Part shown: one piece after another, positions 58,244 to 64,000 of the stretch
How the letters are laid out: each line of letters opens with the position of its first letter
Position numbering within the stretch: the stretch's first letter is position 1
Assembly (NCBI GenBank): GCA_013265495.1
Contig: MU057719.1
Coordinates: forward strand, 186,001-250,000
Direction: 5' to 3'
Source of the DNA: Vicugna vicugna
Taxonomy: Eukaryota
DNA: 64,000 nt
Notes under the pieces: model-generated
Databases searched by the model: none
Told to the model about the DNA's origin: nothing
The model's input: the letters and a program-made list of their open reading frames with translations, nothing else
Made by a program: the position numbers and the translations under genes

Positions 58244-61200
58244 ACCACCTCCAGGCCGCCCAACAGCTCACACAGAGGGCCCAGCCTCCTCACCAGCCAA
58301 GCCCCCCAGCATGGGACCCCACCCCACGTCAGGCCTGCGTCGGGCAGGATGAATGACCAGTGGGGCGGGGGGCCTGGGGAATGGAGGGGTGGGTTCTGCC
58401 TGAAGCACCTTCCCTTCCATCCATGGAGCCTGCCAACTGCCCCCCCGAAGTCCACCCAGCCCCTCAGAGCCACCCCACCAGGCTTTGCAGCCACCGAGGA
58501 CAGACATAAAACTGGGCCAGTTGTCCTGTCCCAGGCCCACTGAGGGACAGCGAGGCCCCAGCCCACACGGACGGCCTAAGCCACTAGGCCCCTGGCACCC
58601 CTGGTGAGAAGAGCAGGGGGCCTGGCCGCGCACAGCACCAGGGCCCGCCGTCCACTCCGAGGCCAGTGCATGAAACCCAGAGAGGCCAAAACGCCCAAGT
58701 CCCACACTGCTGCGCTTCTCAGGGACAGACAGCCCGCCAAACCACATCTGCAGAGGTGGGGTCGGCCCCTGCCCCAAGCACACCCAGGGCCGGGACCCAA
58801 ATGCCTCCCTGGGCCACCCGCCCAGGCACCACTGCCCCCTGGGCGAACAGCTGGCGGGGCAGAGGGGTTTCAGCCAGACACAGGCAGGCTGCGGGATGGG
58901 GCCAAGCCCCTACCTCTCTGTCTCTAAGCAGGAGAGGACCCCTGGAGATGGCACAGGGGTGGAGGGCTTTCCTGAGGCCTGTGTGCAGCCAACGGCTATC
59001 AGCAGCTGCCCCTGCACCCCAGCCCCCAGGAGCTGTCGGCTTGCCCACCTCCTCCCTCCCAGCACCCAGAGCCTGGTTACATTGCCCACCCAAAAGCTCA
59101 CAGCCTTCACCACAGGAAGTGCCCCCCGCCACTGCGGGGCCGCCCCACCCCTGGAGAGGGCGGGCACAACCCTCTCCAGCCCGTTTCCTCGTCTGCAAGG
59201 GGGAGGGGAGACAGAGGGGCAGAAGGGACTGGAGAGTCTCATCAATAATGCTCAAACGCCAGGCCACAAGCCAGGGCTTGGAGGCCACCCCAGCCTGGGG
59301 TCCTGGAGCCCACATCCCAGTGCGGGACCCCCTGTCCCTCTCAGACACACAGGTTCCCGCCCCAAGGCTTCTGCAGCCTGATCTGGACGCCTGGACAAGA
59401 CGCTGTGGACCTTGGAGACTCCGCTCCCCCTGGGCTTAGGGGAAAAGACCTATCACATCGTCCAGTCTGAGTCTAGAAAAGTAGGCGGAGGAGGGCGGGG
59501 GAGCGGCAGGGGCACACCTGGGGGAGGGTGGGCCCCACAGCCACGCTCCCTGCGCAGACCCTCGTCTTCCTGAGGGTCTGCTGTTCCTTTTTCTGGCTGT
59601 AAAGTTCTCCCTCCAAACTACTAACAAGGGGAGGTGACAAAACATCACTGCCCAAGGTCCCACAGAAGGCGGCACGGCTGTGCGCAGCCGAAAATCACAC
59701 CGCCTGCTCCGCCGCAGGCCGCCCCCCCCCCACGCCCCTGCATCTGCCTCTGCTGTCAGGAAGGGGCAGGGCTGGGCCCGCCTCGGAGGGCTGCGCCCAG
59801 GCAGACAGAGGGCTGCCACCGCCGACTTAGCCGGGCATCACCGCACTCGGGACTCGGCCCGGCCCAGGACGCAGGCCCCTGGGGGTGTGCTCACCGCGGC
59901 CACTCTCCACGACCCTCGGCCCCCCTGCCCCAACAGGGCCTTCCTGGAGACAGTGCCAGCAAGTCCCAGAAACTGGACAGCGGGACAGGCGGGCCTGCAG
60001 GGGGCGGGGCGAGGAGCAGGCTGACAGCACCCAGCAGGGCCTGTAGGGCCCGCCCCCGGCCGCTTCAGGCTGGGCGCTCAGATGGGAAACCAGCGAGCTG
60101 TGAAATTAGCTGATCCTCTACGCCGACACCTTCCAACTCTCCCGTCCTGGCAGAGAAGGCGGTGCCTCCTGGGCCCACCACTTGTCTCCCCAGGGGAGGG
60201 GACACCTCTGAGGCCACCCTGCTGCCACTGGGCTGTGTGCATGGACGAGAGCAATGAGGGCCTGCTGCCCACTCGCCTGCGGCCACCACTCACGTTACAT
60301 CCATCATAAGCCACGAGGACCCCCAGAAGGGTCCCCGCCCACAGACAGAGCCCTGCAGGGAGCGAGCGCCCAGCACCCCCGAGAGGGTGACCATACCGTA
60401 TATCTGGGACCTGACCTGTCAGGGGGGAGGGGGTGGGAGGAGCGTTGCCAGCTTCCCGGCCATCCTCTTCCTCCTCTGATTAAGGACAGTAAGGATTCAC
60501 CAGACAGGGGCTCAGAGCTGGGGGAGGAGCAGGATGGCTGCGACAGTGGACGCTTCAGGCAAAGGAACACGGCATAGGAGCCAGGCCGCGTGGGGGAGCG
60601 GGGGCCAAGCAGGCCGGGCTTCTGGCGGAGGAGAATCCCCTTCCCCACCTCCCACTCCAAGCCCCGCCAGCCCAGCGCGGCCACCAGCGTGAGAGCCCAC
60701 CCCAGCCAGGAGCCCGAGGAAAGTGGTGGTGGGCACTGGGCTCAGCTCAGCACAGACCCTGAGGCTCACCCCGGGGACCTCCTGTCTCTCCCACTCAGGA
60801 AGCGCCTCATGTGGCCCCGGGGCCAGCCCAGCACCTGGGCCACACGGAGCCCCCAGGAGGAGAGAAGGCGGCCGGGACACCTCCAGTACCACTGTTTATT
60901 CACTCACGCACCCGCGGAAGGCGCACACTGCCAGGTGCTGGTGCAGAGGGGGACACAGCCAGCGTCACTCCGGCCCTCTTGAAGCTCACTGGCTGGGGAG
61001 GAGGGGGAGACCCTGGACCAGCCACCAAAACACAGAGCCTGTGGCAGGAGAGAGAAACTCGGGCCTGCGGATGTGCCGACAGGGACCCCAGCTGGGGCGA
61101 GGGGCCCGGGAGAGGCCCCTCCCTGCACAGACTCCTGGCCTGAGACACATGGAGCGTGGGGGCGGGCCAGACGGGGGGCACAGCAGTGCTGGGGGCTCCA

Positions 61201-64000
61201 GGCCAGCCGGGAGCTCAGGCGCACAGGACAGGCGATAGTCTGGGGGCACCAGGGACGCCGAGGCCGGAGCAGGGACTGCCATGGGCAGCAGGGACCAGCA
61301 CAGCTCACTGTTCAGAGCGGCATCTCCTCCCGACCCACATGGGCTGCGGGACGACAGCCAGGAAAGGCAGTGCCGGCCAGAGGGCGCGCTCAGGGCTGGG
61401 AGCCGGCCAGAGCTGGGCTCCTCCCGCAGGCCACGCTGGGGGACATCCCACAGGGGCTGAGACTCTTCACAAGGCTGTGGGAACACCGGCTCCCAGGGAA
61501 CTCGCTGCAGGGACAGAGCTGTCCCCAGTCTAGACACTGGCAGGAGAGGCCCCTACCCAGGTCAGAGCAGGAAGCCAAAGGTACCCAGGCTCTGAGCTCT
61601 TGTTCCAGAACTTTCCACTCCTCCTGGTCACTTGGGCAAGCAGTGGGCGCCTGAGAGCCCCAAGCCTGCTCGCAAACAAGGAACCTCTGGAGCCCCCAGA
61701 CTTTAACCAGATCTGCTAGGCACTGGCCAGGCAGGGAGGAGACACAAACTACAGTGTGGAAAGCTCGTCACCAACAGGCGGCAGCACAAGCACTGTGGGG
61801 CCGGTGCGGCGGGGCGGTCAGCCCCAGGAGCCCAGCGCCCCCAGGCCTGTGGCCACAGATGTCCCAGCCCCGCCGAGTGGATACTTAGACTGGAGAGTGG
61901 TGGGGGGGCACACGGGGCAATGTGGGAGGGGCCACGGGGCCAGGCGCATCAGGACGGCCAGTCAGGTCCTCAAACAGGCCGCTGCACACACGGGCCCGGG
62001 CAGCATCGGGAAAAGCGTGGGGGCAGCTGTCCTGCCATGAGCGAGGCCTCAGTCTCCCCACTCCAACCGTGACACAAGGATATCAAACAGGATCTCAAAG
62101 TTCCCTTCTGGCTTTCAGACCAGGTGCCTGACCCACAGAAAGTTCCAGAATTAGTTTATGAACGAATTAGCAAAACGGTCATGACGTTAATTTGATGAGT
62201 CAGATGGCAGGGCACAAGGGAAAGTCACGTCTGACACCGACGGGCTGCTCTCTTCCATCAGATAAAGTCTGAGCACGGCCCAGAGAGGAGGGGCACACCA
62301 CGTCAGGGCTGGAAGCGGGCGGCGGGCCGAGCCAGGCACCGCACAGGGCTCCCCCGGCGGGAGGCACCTCACAGACCCTGCCAGGCCTCCTGGGTTCCTG
62401 GCTCACCCAAGGGGGGCCCCCAGACCCCAGGCAGCTCAGCTCAGTGCCCACGGGGCCTGCCCCCCACGGCAGCAGCCCCAGGTCTGAACCCCGCCTGGGG
62501 GAGCCCCCGACTCAGAGGGACCCCAGGCCTTGGATGAGCCCCTTCCCTCCAGAAGGCTCTGGCCAGGTCAGCCCCCAAACAAGGCAGGCCCGTGGCCCAA
62601 GCACCTCGCACTGGAGGCCAGCAAGGACCCCGCCGCCTGGTCTCTGAAGGCCTTTCAACAGACCTGACAGCCCCACGTGGACGACGCGCGGGAGAAGGGG
62701 CACCGGGCGGAGAGCAGCAGCCCGCCGCCCCGACCGGCGCTTCAGAGGAGGAAACGGGCTCAGGGAGTCCACAGAGCCGGGCACGGCCGAGGCTGAACTC
62801 AAACCCGGGGCTGCTGCAGGGCCTCACTGCACAGCACGAGCCTGTGGCCAGCAGGGTGGTGGCAGGGAAGGAACAGCCGCTCCCTGCCCACTCGGCCCCC
62901 AGCCCCAGTGACAAGGGCGTCTGCAGGTGCCGCCAGCTCAGGCAGGGCCCAAACACCGACCCCACACCCCACGGCCCGGCCAAGGCCACCGAGGGCGGCT
63001 CTGGGACCCTGGATCACCCTCAGTCCAGACAGTAAAAGCAGGGGCTTCAGCCTCCTGGGGGCTCAGTGGCTGTGACACAAGCAGCCCAAGAGGCAGCCTT
63101 CGGCATTCTGGCCCCATCACCATGCCACTGCCCAGCCTGCCTCCTCACCCCTCTCCAGGCCAGGACCCCATGGCCCCAGGACCTTCCACAACCTTGGTGG
63201 GGTAACAAGGAGCCTCAGTGCCTCTGCCCCTTCCCTCCCTGGGGCAGGCCCACCAGAGCCCCCCAGGCCGCCCTGCCCGGCGAGACGGACGGCCTGAGCC
63301 AGCCCGTCAGGGAAACGGACGGGAGGTGGGCTGGGGCACCAAGGGCTGTCCTAGGACCTTCCAAATGCTGGCTGTGTGTTTGGGGGGGGGGTTACACAGA
63401 GGAACCCCTCCCTGGCTGGTTCCAGCCCCAGGGCCACAAGTACCCTGCCATCTCCTGGGATTCGGGCCACAGTGATTACTGAGTTCGCTATTCATTCAGC
63501 AGAGTGAGTGAGGGGTCTTTCCCAATCTCAGGAAAAATTAAATCCAGGCCTACTAAGAAGGGGTGGGGGTTAGCCTCCTCCCCCGGGTCCCACCCTCCAC
63601 AGCTGGGAACCCCTCCAGACAGACAAAGCCGCATTCAGTGTCCCCTGAGAGGGTGCAGAGCCCAGAGGAGAATGAGGAGGAAGATCTATGGCATTCGTTT
63701 TCCATGGGGCTGGGGGCTGGGAGTGTGGTGAGGTGCGGCCAGGTGGGCAGGTGCCCTGGGAAGGAGCACCAGAGAGCAAAGGGGGTGAGGAGGAAGGGGA
63801 GGGAAGCCAGGGAAGTGCTCAGGGAGGGGGCCTGGGGATGTCCCGAGGCTTAATGAACACCCCATCACATGGGGTGTGGGCCTCTGGTAATTCCAACCTG
63901 GCCCACGAGGCCTCCACCTGTACCCTCCCCTTCCCCTTAACTGGGCTCTAGGGGACGCTGGGACCCCCACGCCCTCCCCTGAGGCCAGGCGAACTGCCAG

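Noticed and set aside
28066-64000. RXRA exon 1 or an intronic miRNA such as human MIR4669
   Set aside because: No MDTKHFLPL-coding sequence or promoter-scale CpG island was seen, and no recognisable pre-miRNA. Exon 1 lies further upstream.

Overview
A very GC-rich (about 65% by eye) eutherian genomic window containing most of RXRA (retinoid X receptor alpha, NR2B1) on the minus strand. Coding exons 2-10 can be placed exactly with GT-AG boundaries (exon 2 at 28065-27800 down to exon 10 at 4117-3970, TAG stop at 3972-3970). Their lengths match my recollection of the rodent-type 467-aa form. A 3'UTR of about 3.6 kb probably ends near position 331. Everything above 28065 is intron 1, and exon 1 (MDTKHFLPL) was not found in the window. 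The main anomaly is the 3' end of exon 4: the codons for MGMKRE are replaced by TGAG, giving an in-frame stop just after the second zinc finger. This is more likely an assembly error than a real null allele and needs checking against reads. Other points are a 47-bp inverted repeat in intron 4, two perfect and several near-perfect DR1 elements (possible autoregulation), a 35-bp minisatellite, AT-rich enhancer-like islands, old MIR/L2 relics and two N gaps. The hundreds of other ORFs look like chance products of the high GC content. I found no convincing novel gene system. Reference comparisons are from memory, not from a database search.
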